Assembly (NCBI GenBank): GCA_024698505.1
Contig: JAILRE010000063.1
Location: forward strand, 49,615 to 113,614
Origin: Clostridiales bacterium
Lineage (GTDB): Bacteria > Bacillota > Clostridia > Christensenellales > CAG-138
DNA: 64,000 nt
Reading direction: 5' to 3'
This document shows, piece by piece, positions 17,761 to 27,736 of the stretch. A program made the position numbers and the translations under genes. The notes below the pieces were generated by a model. The model did not search any database and had not been told where the DNA came from. It worked only from the letters and a program-made list of their open reading frames with translations. Every line of letters begins with the position of its first letter. Positions within the stretch are counted from its first letter, which is position 1.

Positions 17761-18336
17761 TTACTCTTCGGGGATATCGGCTTCGTAGGCGTTGCGCTCG
17801 CGGTATTTTTTGCCAATGAAACCTGCCTTATATGCGTAGTGGAAGAGCGAGAAGATGCTGATCGCAATGGCGGAAACGTAGAGCGTCGTCATTATCCACG
17901 AGGGGATGACGTGATTGAAAGCGAGGTTTATCAGCGAAAGCGATACCGACGCGAAGAAGAGACCGGTCGCCACCTTGCCCCACATATCGGCATAGACGGA
18001 GACCTTCTTCTTTTTGAGCACGATGAGGCCGCCTATCACCATGAGGAGCTCCTTCACGATGAGGACAATAAGAAGATACAGCGGGAACTCGCCTGCAAAG
18101 AAGAGGCATGCGAGCGCGGAAATAAGCATGAACTTATCCGCGAAGGGATCGACCAGCTTGCCGAAATTGGATACCCAGTTGAATCTTCTGGCAAGATATC
18201 CGTCAAGCACGTCGGTCAGGAACGCCGCAATATAGAGTATCAGGCAGGCGATGTAACAATGCTTGATGAACAGAACTATGAAAGCTACGACCATTGCCAC
18301 CCTGATGCAGCTTAAAATGTTGGGAATATGCCTCAT
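17761..18336 (-). CDS. pgsA: CDP-diacylglycerol--glycerol-3-phosphate 3-phosphatidyltransferase
   Basis: CDP-alcohol phosphatidyltransferase motif DVLDGYLARRFNWVSNFGKLVDPFADK. Multiple TM segments; AGGAGG RBS. Confidence 0.85.
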   Translation of the reverse strand: MRHIPNILSCIRVAMVVAFIVLFIKHCYIACLILYIAAFLTDVLDGYLARRFNWVSNFGKLVDPFADKFMLISALACLFFAGEFPLYLLIVLIVKELLMVIGGLIVLKKKKVSVYADMWGKVATGLFFASVSLSLINLAFNHVIPSWIMTTLYVSAIAISIFSLFHYAYKAGFIGKKYRERNAYEADIPEE

Positions 18337-18463
18337 CGACAGAACCTCCTGTTGCTTCTGTTATATTATAGTGCATCGTAACGTTTTTTTCCATACCGAA
18401 AAAGAAAAAAACGGCTGATATGGATACAATAATTATGTCATTTTTACTTTTTTCGAAAAAAAG

Positions 18464-18492
18464 GTGACATTCGGCGGAGTCGGTGATATAAT
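18464..18492 (+). promoter_or_regulatory. Promoter abutting the start codon of the peptidoglycan-binding protein gene (leaderless candidate)
   Basis: GTGACA, a 17-nt spacer, then TATAAT. The -10 ends 6 nt before ATG 18499 and no Shine-Dalgarno lies between them. Confidence 0.4.
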
Positions 18493-18498
18493 ATAAGC

Positions 18499-19281
18499 AT
18501 GAAAAAGATAGTCGCTCTGCTCATATCGATCATCATAGCCGCAGCCTTTTGCGCCGCGCCGACCATTGCGTCGTCCACGGCCAATTCCGCCATGCGCATT
18601 TACGACAAGACTTCCACCGGATCGATGGTCGTGCGCATCCAGATAAGGCTGAGGGAACTCGGGTATCTCAATTTCAAGCCCACCGGTTCTTACAAGTCCA
18701 TGACGGTCAACGCCGTTAAGGATTTCCAGTCCAATTACCGCGACAGCGGATACGAGATGCAGGTCGACGGCAAGATGGGCCCGCAGTCCTTGGAACTGCT
18801 CTTCAAGTACGACGCAAAGCGCGTGAGCCTGAACGGCGTTTCCATACCGGCAGGCCCCAAGCACGGCTCCGATACCCTTGTTAAAACGGGAAGCCTTCTC
18901 CCGTGGGCAAGCGTCAGATCGATGCTCGTTCCGGGAAAGAGTTATACCATTACCGACTGCTATACGGGTAAGGTATTCGAGCTCGTATTTTCCGGCGGGG
19001 ACAATCATGCCGAGATGGAGCCCGCCTCCGAGGCAAAGCTCGCCGATTTCAAGGAGATCTGCGGCAAGGAGTACAACTTCCTGAAGCGCCCCGTAGTCGT
19101 TGAGATAGACGGGCAGGAGGTCGCCGCTTCGATCCAGTGCTGGCCCCACGGCGAGGATACGATCGGGAATAACGGCATGACCGGGCACGTCTGCCTGTTC
19201 TTTGACGGCTCCACTTCCAACGTCGGCCGCCTTCCCGACGTGGAGCATACCGAGAACATCTATAAGGCCTCAGGCCAGTAA
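18499..19281 (+). CDS. Secreted protein with a peptidoglycan-binding (PG_binding_1-like) domain
   Basis: Signal peptide. VVRIQIRLRELGYL...VDGKMGPQSLELL resembles a PG-binding repeat. The C-terminal roughly 150 aa are unassigned. Confidence 0.6.
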   Translation: MKKIVALLISIIIAAAFCAAPTIASSTANSAMRIYDKTSTGSMVVRIQIRLRELGYLNFKPTGSYKSMTVNAVKDFQSNYRDSGYEMQVDGKMGPQSLELLFKYDAKRVSLNGVSIPAGPKHGSDTLVKTGSLLPWASVRSMLVPGKSYTITDCYTGKVFELVFSGGDNHAEMEPASEAKLADFKEICGKEYNFLKRPVVVEIDGQEVAASIQCWPHGEDTIGNNGMTGHVCLFFDGSTSNVGRLPDVEHTENIYKASGQ

Positions 19282-19293
19282 AAGGATAAGCTC

Positions 19294-19322
19294 AAAGCCC
19301 GACCCGCTGGGTCGGGCTTTTG
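19294..19322. terminator. Bidirectional Rho-independent terminator
   Basis: AAAGCCCGACCC-GCTG-GGGTCGGGCTTT is a perfect 12-bp stem with A/T tracts on both sides, between convergent genes. Confidence 0.65.
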
Positions 19323-19324
19323 TA

Positions 19325-20215
19325 TTAATCGTAGCAGAGCACGTATTTCATTATCACGCTGCAGGGACGGTATTCCGTCTTCGACTTGCGAAGCCCGGGA
19401 TCGCCCGAATCGTCCTCGCGGTTAATGAATCTGAGCGCTGGATCGGCGTTCTGTTTGGCAAAGAGCGAGGCAAGCATGGGATATGCGCCGCTGTATTCCG
19501 TCAACGCTTTTTCAACGTGAACGTAGAGCGTGTCGCCCTGCTTTTCGCCTATGCTGAGCCCTATGACCTTACCGTCGACGGTGAGCAGACCGCCGGTGAA
19601 CCCGAATTCGCCGCAGTAATCGATTATCTCTGTCGCGCGCTTGTATTCTTCAACGGCAAGAGGCGCGTCCTTGGAAAACCCCGGGGCGTTTTCGATAAGG
19701 AATTCCTTTGCGGCGTCTACGTTGCTCCCGTCAAGGGGAGAGTAAACGTACTGAGGATAATCCCTGACGAATCGGTTGCAATGATTGCGAGGCGTAACGA
19801 GCTTCTTCCCGTGGTAGCCGATAAAGTTTTCATAGGGATACAGATAATCGGCCCAATCGCGGTATTCGATCATCCGAACGGGAGCGCCGAGCGAAGACTC
19901 GATGAGGTCGGCTCCTTCCTTTGTAACGCAGCAGAAGCGAAGGGGGAGGCCGCGTTCCTTCCTGTCGCGCTTTATTTCACAGAGCGCTGCCGCAAGATCG
20001 CCTTTGCCTACGGGGAAAGCAAAGCACGTCCCGTTGTCAAGGTAGTTCGCCGTGCAGATCAGCATGCCGTCCTTAACTGTATAGAGCTGATCGAAATATT
20101 CGCGCCACATAAAAAGCCCGCCGATCGTGTAATCGCAGGTTTTGAATGTCTGTAAGTCAAGCAATGACCGTATCTCGGCCATTGCCTGACTGGAAAACGG
20201 TTTCAAATCAAGCAT
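19325..20215 (-). CDS. DUF2156 / MprF C-terminal (lysyl-PG synthase-like) domain protein
   Basis: The N-terminal pattern ...YTIGGLFMWREYFDQLYTVKDGMLIC... and the roughly 296-aa length match stand-alone DUF2156 proteins, as I recall the family. Confidence 0.5.
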   Translation of the reverse strand: MLDLKPFSSQAMAEIRSLLDLQTFKTCDYTIGGLFMWREYFDQLYTVKDGMLICTANYLDNGTCFAFPVGKGDLAAALCEIKRDRKERGLPLRFCCVTKEGADLIESSLGAPVRMIEYRDWADYLYPYENFIGYHGKKLVTPRNHCNRFVRDYPQYVYSPLDGSNVDAAKEFLIENAPGFSKDAPLAVEEYKRATEIIDYCGEFGFTGGLLTVDGKVIGLSIGEKQGDTLYVHVEKALTEYSGAYPMLASLFAKQNADPALRFINREDDSGDPGLRKSKTEYRPCSVIMKYVLCYD

Positions 20216-20221
20216 AAATGC

Positions 20222-20620
20222 TCAATCCTTGTTCTCGGATTCTTTCTTTTCCGCCATCCTCTTGCGGTAATCCTCGACCGCGGCCTTAACAGCCTCTTCG
20301 GCAAGGACGGAACAATGGATCTTCACGGGGGGCAGACCCTCGAGCGCCTCGACAACGGCGGCGTTGGAGAGCTGAAGCGCCTCGTCGACGGACTTGCCCT
20401 TTATCATCTCGGTCGCCATGGAGCTTGTAGCAACGGCTGCGCCGCAGCCGAAGGTCTTGAAGCCGACGTCCTCGATGATGCCTTCGTCGTTGACTCTTAT
20501 GAACATCTGCATGATATCGCCGCATTTTGCGTTGCCGACCATACCCATGCCGTTGTAGCCTTCGATCTCACCCATGTTGCGGGGATGCTGGAAATGATCC
20601 AATACTTTTTCTGTGTACAT
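20222..20620 (-). CDS. nifU: Fe-S cluster assembly scaffold NifU/IscU
   Basis: VLDHFQHPRNMG, NAKCGD, FGCGAA and IHCS conserved Cys motifs. Confidence 0.9.
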   Translation of the reverse strand: MYTEKVLDHFQHPRNMGEIEGYNGMGMVGNAKCGDIMQMFIRVNDEGIIEDVGFKTFGCGAAVATSSMATEMIKGKSVDEALQLSNAAVVEALEGLPPVKIHCSVLAEEAVKAAVEDYRKRMAEKKESENKD

Positions 20621-20633
20621 GATTTGTTCCTCC

Positions 20634-21794
20634 TTATCCGTGATACAAAGGTGACATCTTGCGAAGCCTTTCGGCTACCTTGGGGAGCACCTCTAAAACG
20701 TAATCGATATCCTCTTCCGTGGTCTCGTCACAGAGCGTCATCCTGACGGAACCGTGCGCGACCTCGTGCGTAAGGCCCATCGCAAGCAGCACGTGGCTGG
20801 GATCGAGGGAGCCGCTCGTGCAGGCCGAACCGCTGGAGGCGGCTATGCCGTTAAGATCGAGCATGAGCAGTATCGATTCGCCCTCGATGTATTTGATGGA
20901 GTAGTTGACGTTATTGGGAAGCCTCTTTGTGGGATGCCCGTTGAGCTTGACCTCGGGAATGCGCGCGGGTATCTCCCTTATGAGCTTGTCGCGCAGGAGC
21001 ATCATCTTTGCGGCCTTCTCGTCAAGGTTTTCACAGGCAAGCTCGATAGCCCTGCCCATGCCAACGATGCCGGGGACGTTCTCCGTGCCCGCCCTGCGGT
21101 TGCGCTCCTGAGCGCCGCCGTAGATGAGGGGAGGAACGATTATCCCCTTGCGGACGTACAGCGCGCCGATGCCCTTGGGGCCGTGGAACTTATGCGCGGA
21201 CATGGAGAGCATGTCTATGTTCATTTCCTTGACGTCGATACGTACGTGGCCTACCGCCTGAACGGCGTCCGTATGGAAGAAAATGCCCTTCTCGCGGCAG
21301 AGCGCGCCTATCTCGGGGATGGGCATTATAGTGCCTACCTCGTTGTTTGCGAACATGATCGTGACGAGTATCGTATCGGGCCTTATCGCTTCGCGCACCT
21401 GATCGACTGTGACCAGGCCGTATTCGTCGACGGGGAGGTAAGTAACCTCGTACCCGTGCTTTTCAAGATACTGGCAGGTATGGAGCACGGCATGATGCTC
21501 GACTGCGGTGGTGATTATGTGTTTGCCCTTCTTTGCATAACGCTCGGCTATGCCGCGAATAGCGGTATTGTCTGCCTCGGAGCCGCCGCTGGTGAATATG
21601 ATCTCGCCGGCTTCCGCGCCGATAGCATCCGCTACCTGCTGCCTTGCCTTATCGACGGCCATTCCGGACTGCTGACCGAAATAGTGAGGGCTGGAGGGGT
21701 TGCCGTAGATCTCGGTCATATAGGGCATCATAGCCTCGAGCACTTCGGGGATCAGCTTAGTGGTCGCCGCGTTGTCAAGATAGACTCGTTTCAT
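20634..21794 (-). CDS. nifS: Cysteine desulfurase NifS
   Basis: YLDNAATT N-terminus, PLP Lys in [10 protein letters not shown], active-site SSGSACTS. Confidence 0.9.
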   Translation of the reverse strand: MKRVYLDNAATTKLIPEVLEAMMPYMTEIYGNPSSPHYFGQQSGMAVDKARQQVADAIGAEAGEIIFTSGGSEADNTAIRGIAERYAKKGKHIITTAVEHHAVLHTCQYLEKHGYEVTYLPVDEYGLVTVDQVREAIRPDTILVTIMFANNEVGTIMPIPEIGALCREKGIFFHTDAVQAVGHVRIDVKEMNIDMLSMSAHKFHGPKGIGALYVRKGIIVPPLIYGGAQERNRRAGTENVPGIVGMGRAIELACENLDEKAAKMMLLRDKLIREIPARIPEVKLNGHPTKRLPNNVNYSIKYIEGESILLMLDLNGIAASSGSACTSGSLDPSHVLLAMGLTHEVAHGSVRMTLCDETTEEDIDYVLEVLPKVAERLRKMSPLYHG

Positions 21795-22224
21795 TTGATT
21801 TCCTTTCCAGCTGAATCGAATAATCGTCAGCCATATCCTTTATCGTAGTCGTGTTAAGCACGTCGTCGATCCTCTTTTGCAGTTTGAGCCAAAGCGGACG
21901 GGCGGAGCAGGAGCAGACGTTCGCGCATTCCGTCCCGTCGACGCCGACGCACTCCAAAATGGCGGTGGAACCTTCGAGGGCCCTCAGCACCTCGCCTACG
22001 CTGATAAGCTCCGGTGCGCGGGAAAGCGTATAGCCGCCCGATGCGCCCCTCGCCGAATCAACGAGCCCTGCCTTTTTAAGCGATGCGATCAGCTGTTCAA
22101 GATACGCCACGCTGATGCCCTGCTTTTCGGCAAGCTGGTTTACGGAGAGACGGCCATTGCCGTACTCGAGCGCGATGTCGACCATCGCTTTAATACCGTA
22201 TCTGCCCTTTGTTGAAAGCTTCAT
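21775..22224 (-). CDS. Rrf2-family transcriptional regulator (IscR/CymR-like)
   Basis: [19 protein letters not shown] Rrf2 N-terminus and a Cys cluster (C..C....C). The ATG at 22224 was chosen over the upstream ORF-track start. Overlaps the nifS start. Confidence 0.85.
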   Translation of the reverse strand: MKLSTKGRYGIKAMVDIALEYGNGRLSVNQLAEKQGISVAYLEQLIASLKKAGLVDSARGASGGYTLSRAPELISVGEVLRALEGSTAILECVGVDGTECANVCSCSARPLWLKLQKRIDDVLNTTTIKDMADDYSIQLERKSNETSLS

Positions 22225-22237
22225 TTTAATTCCTACC

Positions 22238-22300
22238 ATTCCGCTTGGTATTCGTATTTTAACACCCGTTTTCAGTATTGTCAACAATTCCAAGCGGAAT
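22238..22300 (-). promoter_or_regulatory. Rrf2 operon promoter flanked by two ATTCC-N4-GGAAT-type palindromes
   Basis: On the minus strand TTGACA, a 17-nt spacer, then TAAAAT. ATTCCAAGCGGAAT (22287-22300) lies upstream of the -35. ATTCCGCTTGGTAT (22238-22251) lies between the -10 and the RBS. Confidence 0.4.
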
Positions 22301-22321
22301 ACTCGGATATATTTTACAGTA

Positions 22322-22349
22322 TAAAAATGCCCGCTTTTTCAGCGGGCAT
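22322..22349 (-). terminator. Rho-independent terminator of lon
   Basis: On the minus strand ATGCCCGC-TGAAAAA-GCGGGCAT is followed by TTTTTA, 16 nt after the lon stop. Confidence 0.6.
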
Positions 22350-22364
22350 AAAGAGGTTTATTGA

Positions 22365-24776
22365 TCATGCTCCCGCGGCAGGAGCGCGGACGGGATCCAT
22401 CCCGGGAAGTATTACCGGAGCGTCGTTCGTAACGGGATCAGGCTTTCCGCCTTTGGCGGGAACGGGGTAGGTGAGAAGAGCGTTTTTCAGCACCTCGTCG
22501 GATGTGCGGACGAACACGATCGATAGCTTTTCGATTATGTCCGCGGGGACTTCCTCAAGATCCTTGCGGTTCGTTTCGGGGATCAGCACCTCTTTGATGC
22601 CGGCCCTGAGCGCCGCAAGCAGCTTCTCTCTGAGCCCGCCTATCGGGAGTACTCTTCCGCGCAGAGTAATTTCGCCCGTCATCGCAAGGAGGGGTTTTAC
22701 GGGGATCCCACACAGCGCGCTCGACACGGCTGTTAAGATGGAAATACCTGCGGAAGGGCCGTCCTTCGGGACCGCGCCCTCGGGAACGTGGATGTGGATA
22801 TCCGTGTTCTTGACGAAATCCGCGGCAAGACCGAGCTTATCCGCATGCGCTCTGATACAGGTGATGGCGGTCTTCGCGCTTTCCTGCATCACGTCGCCGA
22901 GCTTGCCGGTCAGCTGAAGCTGGCCCGAACCCGGCAGGGCGGCTACTTCGATCTGCATCGTCGATCCGCCGACGGCCGTCCAGGCAAGTCCGTTCACGAC
23001 GCCGACTGCGGGGGCTTTTTCTATCGTATCGTCAATGTATTTCGGCACTCCCAGATACTCGTGGAGCTTCGCTTTTGTGATCCTTATCCGCGTCTTGCCG
23101 GAGGCGATATCGCAGGCGGCCTTGCGGCAAACGGAGGCTATGCACCTTTCGAGCGACCTTACGCCCGCTTCCCTCGTGTATTCGGAAACCATGTCCTCCA
23201 CTGCGGAGGCGGGTATGGAAAGCTGAGTCTTCTTGAGCCCGTGCTTTTCAAGCTGCTTGGGAATGAGGTGACGGAGGGCTATCTGCACCTTCTCGTTCGC
23301 GAGATAGCTGGGGACTTCGATTATCTCCATCCTGTCGCGAAGGGGGTCGGGTATATCGTAAAGGCTGTTAGCGGTAGTAATGAACATGACCTTTGAAAGG
23401 TCGTAGGGCATTTCGAGGAAATGATCCCTGAAAGCGAAGTTCTGCGCGCTGTCGAGGACTTCGAGCATGGCCGCCGCGGGGTCCCCCTGGTAATCCTTGG
23501 CGAGCTTGTCGATCTCGTCAAAGAGGAGCACGGGGTTAATAGTACCAGCCGTACGCATGGCGGCGATTATTCTGCCGGGCATAGCGCCGATATAGGTGCG
23601 CCTGTGGCCGCGGATCTCCGCTTCATCCTTGATGCCGCCGAGGCTCATCCTCACGAATCTGCGCCCGAGCGCTTCCGCGATGGAGGAGGAGATGGAGGTC
23701 TTTCCGACGCCGGGAGGGCCCACGAAGCAGATAATCTGTCCGTTGACTTTGCCTGTCAGCCTTGCGACGGCAAGGTGCTCGAGCACCCTTTCCTTGACCT
23801 TTTCAAGGCCGTAATGATCCCTGTTGAGGACGGCTCTCGCATTATCGATATCGAGATTATCCTCGCTGGCCTCTGTGAAGGGAAGATCGAGCATGCACTC
23901 TATGAATGCGCGCATGGAGGGCATTTCGTGTGAACCCGCGGGGAGAGTGCTGAAACGCTCTATTTCCCGGGAAATACGCTCGCGTACCTCGTCGGGCAGC
24001 TTCTTCTTTTCAAGCTTTTCGCGGAACTCGTCGGCTTCGGTCTGCTCGTTTTCTCCGAGCTCCTTCCTGATGGCGCGTATCTGCTCGCGCAGGAAGTATT
24101 CCTTCTGATTCTTGTCGATCTGAGCGCGAACATCCGCGTCGATCTTCTGAGTAAGCTTTGCGAACTCGGCCTCGCGCTTCATGACGGTCAGAAGATGAAG
24201 GCACCTTGCGGACTGATCCTCCTGCTCGATGAACTTCTGGCGGTCTTCGAACTGCAGCATGACGACGTTTGCCACGCTGTAAACGTATCTGATATCGTCG
24301 GGGATTAGCTCTATCGAATCCACGACGTTCTTTACGGGCGTTTTGCCGTTCCCAAAGGTGAATTCCCTGAACTTGCGCGAGATCATCTGGCGAAGCGTCG
24401 AAGCCTCGTCGAAGGCGCAGGGATAGTCGCCGAGCTCGGTGAATCTTGCCTCGAGATAGGGAGCCTCCGAAACGTATTCGTCTATGCGCGCTCTCGACAC
24501 GCCTTCGACAAATATCCTCGTATTTCCCTCGGGCAGCTTGATTATCTTCGTGATACGGCATACGCATCCGGTCTCGAAGAGATTATGCCGGCTCATGTCG
24601 GAGGATCGGGGATCCTTCTGACAAACTATGATTATTCTGTTATCGGAATTGACAGCCGCGTCTATCGCCGCTATGTTGCCGGGCCTTCCTATGTCGAAGC
24701 TCAGAAGCACGAACGGCATGGCGACAATGCTCCTGAGCGGAACGACGGGCAGGCTTGCATTGAACAGTACGCTCAT
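22365..24776 (-). CDS. lon: ATP-dependent Lon protease (LonA)
   Basis: LON N-domain ([13 protein letters not shown]), AAA+ Walker [10 protein letters not shown], and a C-terminal protease with PKDGPSAG Ser and a Lys. Confidence 0.95.
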   Translation of the reverse strand: MSVLFNASLPVVPLRSIVAMPFVLLSFDIGRPGNIAAIDAAVNSDNRIIIVCQKDPRSSDMSRHNLFETGCVCRITKIIKLPEGNTRIFVEGVSRARIDEYVSEAPYLEARFTELGDYPCAFDEASTLRQMISRKFREFTFGNGKTPVKNVVDSIELIPDDIRYVYSVANVVMLQFEDRQKFIEQEDQSARCLHLLTVMKREAEFAKLTQKIDADVRAQIDKNQKEYFLREQIRAIRKELGENEQTEADEFREKLEKKKLPDEVRERISREIERFSTLPAGSHEMPSMRAFIECMLDLPFTEASEDNLDIDNARAVLNRDHYGLEKVKERVLEHLAVARLTGKVNGQIICFVGPPGVGKTSISSSIAEALGRRFVRMSLGGIKDEAEIRGHRRTYIGAMPGRIIAAMRTAGTINPVLLFDEIDKLAKDYQGDPAAAMLEVLDSAQNFAFRDHFLEMPYDLSKVMFITTANSLYDIPDPLRDRMEIIEVPSYLANEKVQIALRHLIPKQLEKHGLKKTQLSIPASAVEDMVSEYTREAGVRSLERCIASVCRKAACDIASGKTRIRITKAKLHEYLGVPKYIDDTIEKAPAVGVVNGLAWTAVGGSTMQIEVAALPGSGQLQLTGKLGDVMQESAKTAITCIRAHADKLGLAADFVKNTDIHIHVPEGAVPKDGPSAGISILTAVSSALCGIPVKPLLAMTGEITLRGRVLPIGGLREKLLAALRAGIKEVLIPETNRKDLEEVPADIIEKLSIVFVRTSDEVLKNALLTYPVPAKGGKPDPVTNDAPVILPGMDPVRAPAAGA

Positions 24777-24813
24777 TTTTTCCGATCTCCTTTCCTGATT
24801 CGTCTCAATGGGG

Positions 24814-24842
24814 ATTATACAGGATTCTTGTCATGTTTTCAA
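24814..24842 (-). promoter_or_regulatory. Sigma-A-type promoter of lon
   Basis: On the minus strand TTGAAA, a 17-nt spacer, then TGTATAAT (extended -10). Confidence 0.4.
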
Positions 24843-25003
24843 TATTCGGGAGAGAAACAATTATTTGAAAAGATGGTTTGCTAAAACAAATCCCAAAAAG
24901 CTCGGTGAAAAATCACTTATATATTTTATCAATCCGATTTTTGTGTTATAATAGAATGATTTATTATGTAGATACTATGCTCAATCGAGAACGGAGGTAT
25001 TTT

Positions 25004-25477
25004 ATGGCTATCAGAAAGATACAGACAGGGGACGCTCCCTGCTTATATAAGGTCGCAAAGCCCGTTAAGGTCTTCGACGAAAAACTCGGTCAGCTGCTCG
25101 ACGATATGGCCGAGACCATGTACCATGCGGACGGCTGCGGTTTGGCCGGCCCTCAGGTCGGCATACTCCGCCGCGTTGTCGTTATCGACTGCAGCGAGGA
25201 GAGGAACGAGCTCATCGAGGCGATAAACCCCGAGATCGTTTATACCGAGGGCGAGCAGGGCGGCATGGAAGGATGCCTTTCCTTCCCGGACGAACAGGGC
25301 TACGTCGTGCGTCCCAACGTCGCGGTGATGCGCGCCTATAACAGGAAGGGCGAACAGTTCGAGATCCGCGGCGAAGGGCTTCTCGCAAGAGCCATACTGC
25401 ACGAGTGCGACCATCTTGACGGCAAGGTCTATAAGAGGCTCGTCATCCCCACTCCCGAGGACTATAAAGAGGAATGA
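25004..25477 (+). CDS. def: Peptide deformylase
   Basis: GCGLAGPQVG, EGCLSFP and HECDHL metal-binding motifs. ATG 25004 is preceded by GGAGG; the ORF-track start at 24878 adds a non-homologous extension. Confidence 0.9.
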   Translation: MAIRKIQTGDAPCLYKVAKPVKVFDEKLGQLLDDMAETMYHADGCGLAGPQVGILRRVVVIDCSEERNELIEAINPEIVYTEGEQGGMEGCLSFPDEQGYVVRPNVAVMRAYNRKGEQFEIRGEGLLARAILHECDHLDGKVYKRLVIPTPEDYKEE

Positions 25478-25487
25478 ATGTAATAAT

Positions 25488-26429
25488 ATGAGGATCGCTT
25501 TTCTGGGAACTCCCGAATTCGCGCTGCCTTCGCTTGCGATGCTGAAGGCGGAAGGCCATGAGCTGGAGGTATTCACTCAGCCCGATCGCCCCAAGGACAG
25601 GGGACACGGGCTGGCAATGCCGCCGGTAAAGGTCTTTGCGCTCGAAAACGGGATTCCTGTTTTCCAGTTCGAAAGGATAAGGGGCGAGGAAGGCGTTAGC
25701 GCGCTTCGTGATTTCGCTCCCGATCTTATGGTAACGGCCGCTTTCGGGCAGATCCTTTCCGCGGAGAACCTTGCTGTCCCCAAATACGGCTGCATAAACG
25801 TTCACGGTAGCCTGCTTCCAAAATACCGCGGCGCCGCGCCCATACAATGGGCGGTCGTGGACGGCGAGAAGACCACCGGCGTTACTACCATGATGACCGA
25901 TATAGGCCTTGATACGGGCGACATACTTCTCAAAGCCGAGACCGCGATAGGCGAGGACGAGACCGCGGGCGAGCTGTATGAAAGGCTGGCCGTTCTCGGG
26001 GCAGATCTTCTGAAGGAGACCATATGCCGCCTTGAGGAAGGCACGCTTCTGCGCACTCCTCAGGATGAGGAAATGGCTACAAGATGCGGCGTTATCAAAA
26101 AATACATGGCAGAGATAGACTTCGGCGCTTCCTGCTGCAGGGTGCACGACCTTGTTCGCGGCATGAATCCCGCGCCGACGGCGTTTACAAAGCTCAACGG
26201 ACAGGCGGTCAAGGTCTATAAAACTGTCAAGCATCCGGAACTTGCGGGCGAGTTTACCGAAGCCTCAGTTGGCGAATGCGTTATCGCAGACAGCCGAAAG
26301 GGCCTGTTCGTTAAATGCGCGGACGGCGTTATCGAGATTGCAGAGCTTCAGTTCGCGGGTTCCAAGCGCATGGAGACAAAGGCTGCGTTGAACAGCAGAA
26401 AGCTTTTAGGAGCCGTTCTTGGCGTATGA
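25488..26429 (+). CDS. fmt: Methionyl-tRNA formyltransferase
   Basis: MRIAFLGTPEFALPSL N-terminus and HGSLLPKYRGAAPIQWA motif. Confidence 0.9.
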   Translation: MRIAFLGTPEFALPSLAMLKAEGHELEVFTQPDRPKDRGHGLAMPPVKVFALENGIPVFQFERIRGEEGVSALRDFAPDLMVTAAFGQILSAENLAVPKYGCINVHGSLLPKYRGAAPIQWAVVDGEKTTGVTTMMTDIGLDTGDILLKAETAIGEDETAGELYERLAVLGADLLKETICRLEEGTLLRTPQDEEMATRCGVIKKYMAEIDFGASCCRVHDLVRGMNPAPTAFTKLNGQAVKVYKTVKHPELAGEFTEASVGECVIADSRKGLFVKCADGVIEIAELQFAGSKRMETKAALNSRKLLGAVLGV

Positions 26430-27736
26430 CGACCGAAAGGCTCGCATTGCAAATACTGCTCAAAGTGACGCAGGAGGGCGCTTTTGCCAACCTCGCCCTG
26501 AAGGAAGCCTTATCGGACGAACGGCCGAAAGACGTCGGTCGATTGACCGCTTTGGTCTATACTACGATAGAACACCTCAATTACTGCGATCATATTATCG
26601 ACAGCTACGCAAAGGGCAGGCTACACGGCTCCGTCCGCGGGATACTGAGGCTTGCCGTAGCCGAGATGTTCTTTATGGATACGCCCGATCACGCCGTCTG
26701 CAATAAGGCCGTCAAACTGACCGAAAGCATAGGAAAAGGCAAGCTGAAGGGCTTTGTGAACGGCGTACTCAGGAACATAGCGCGGGACAGGGCGTCGGGC
26801 GATTTGCCCAAGCTTCCCGAATCGTTCCCGGAGCGCATGCGCATTCTCAGCGGATACCCCGAATTCATGGTCGAGGAATACACTGAGGATTACGGCGAAG
26901 GCTTTGCCGAGGAGTTGATGCTTGCGGCTGTTCGCGGCGTCGCTCTTCGCGCCGTGCCGCCTCTGACGGCCGACGAACTCGCGTCCCATCTTGACGGGCT
27001 CGGTATCCCGTACAGAAGGAGCGAGCTTGCCGACGACTGCGTTGTCGCTCTGAATTTTAAGGGCGATATCACGAAGGACGAGCTCTTTATTAAGGGGCTC
27101 GCAGCGGTCCAGTCGGAGAGCGCTATGCTCGCCTGCAGATGCCTCGATCCGAAGCCCGGAATGAACGTGCTGGACGCCTGCGCGGCTCCCGGCGGCAAGA
27201 CGGCTTATCTTTCCGATCTGATGAAAAGGCAGGGCCGTATCACCGCTTGGGACGTTCATCCCCACCGCGTTGAGCTGATAAAGAACACGCTTGAAAGGCT
27301 CGGCGTCCGTAACGCGTTGCTCGAAACGAGGGACGCCTCGAAAAAGGATGAGTCGCTCTGTGATTCGTTCGACGCCATACTGCTCGACGTGCCCTGTTCG
27401 GGGCTCGGCGGCGGTTCGAAGCCCGACGCGCGGCTGAGGCGCACGAACGAGAGCATAGACGAGCTTGCAAATATCCAGTATTCCATACTCGAAACATGCT
27501 CTGCATACTTGAAAAAGGGCGGGGCGCTCGTCTATTCCACGTGCACGCTTTCCGACAGGGAGGACGAGCATGTAGTCGAAAGATTTTTGAATGAACATAA
27601 CGAGTTCGGGCTTGAAAGCCTTGCCGATCTGCTTCCCGATAAGCTGAAGCAGCGCGGCGAAAAGGGCATGTTAAGGCTGTTCCCGAACGTTGACGATACC
27701 GAAGGCTTCTTTATCGCGAAGCTGAGGAGGAAGTAA
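26426..27736 (+). CDS. rsmB: 16S rRNA (cytosine967-C5)-methyltransferase
   Basis: NusB-like N-terminus and SAM MTase (DACAAPGGKT, DVPCSG, STCT). ATGA overlap with fmt. Confidence 0.85.
   Translation: MTTERLALQILLKVTQEGAFANLALKEALSDERPKDVGRLTALVYTTIEHLNYCDHIIDSYAKGRLHGSVRGILRLAVAEMFFMDTPDHAVCNKAVKLTESIGKGKLKGFVNGVLRNIARDRASGDLPKLPESFPERMRILSGYPEFMVEEYTEDYGEGFAEELMLAAVRGVALRAVPPLTADELASHLDGLGIPYRRSELADDCVVALNFKGDITKDELFIKGLAAVQSESAMLACRCLDPKPGMNVLDACAAPGGKTAYLSDLMKRQGRITAWDVHPHRVELIKNTLERLGVRNALLETRDASKKDESLCDSFDAILLDVPCSGLGGGSKPDARLRRTNESIDELANIQYSILETCSAYLKKGGALVYSTCTLSDREDEHVVERFLNEHNEFGLESLADLLPDKLKQRGEKGMLRLFPNVDDTEGFFIAKLRRK

Noticed and set aside
24878-25003. N-terminal extensions offered by the ORF track for def (24878), fmt (25416), rsmB (26315), the Rrf2 regulator (22293), ppa (36152), DUF2344 (44002), the ROK kinase (56997), recX (58694) and the PBP5-like gene (42107).
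   Set aside because: In every case an internal ATG or GTG has a GGAGG-type RBS and matches the normal family N-terminus. The extensions overlap upstream genes or promoters and are non-homologous.
24777-25003. Heat-shock operators (CIRCE TTAGCACTC-N9-GAGTGCTAA or a CtsR repeat) in the lon upstream region.
   Set aside because: Reading both strands showed no such motif, only a sigma-A-like promoter.
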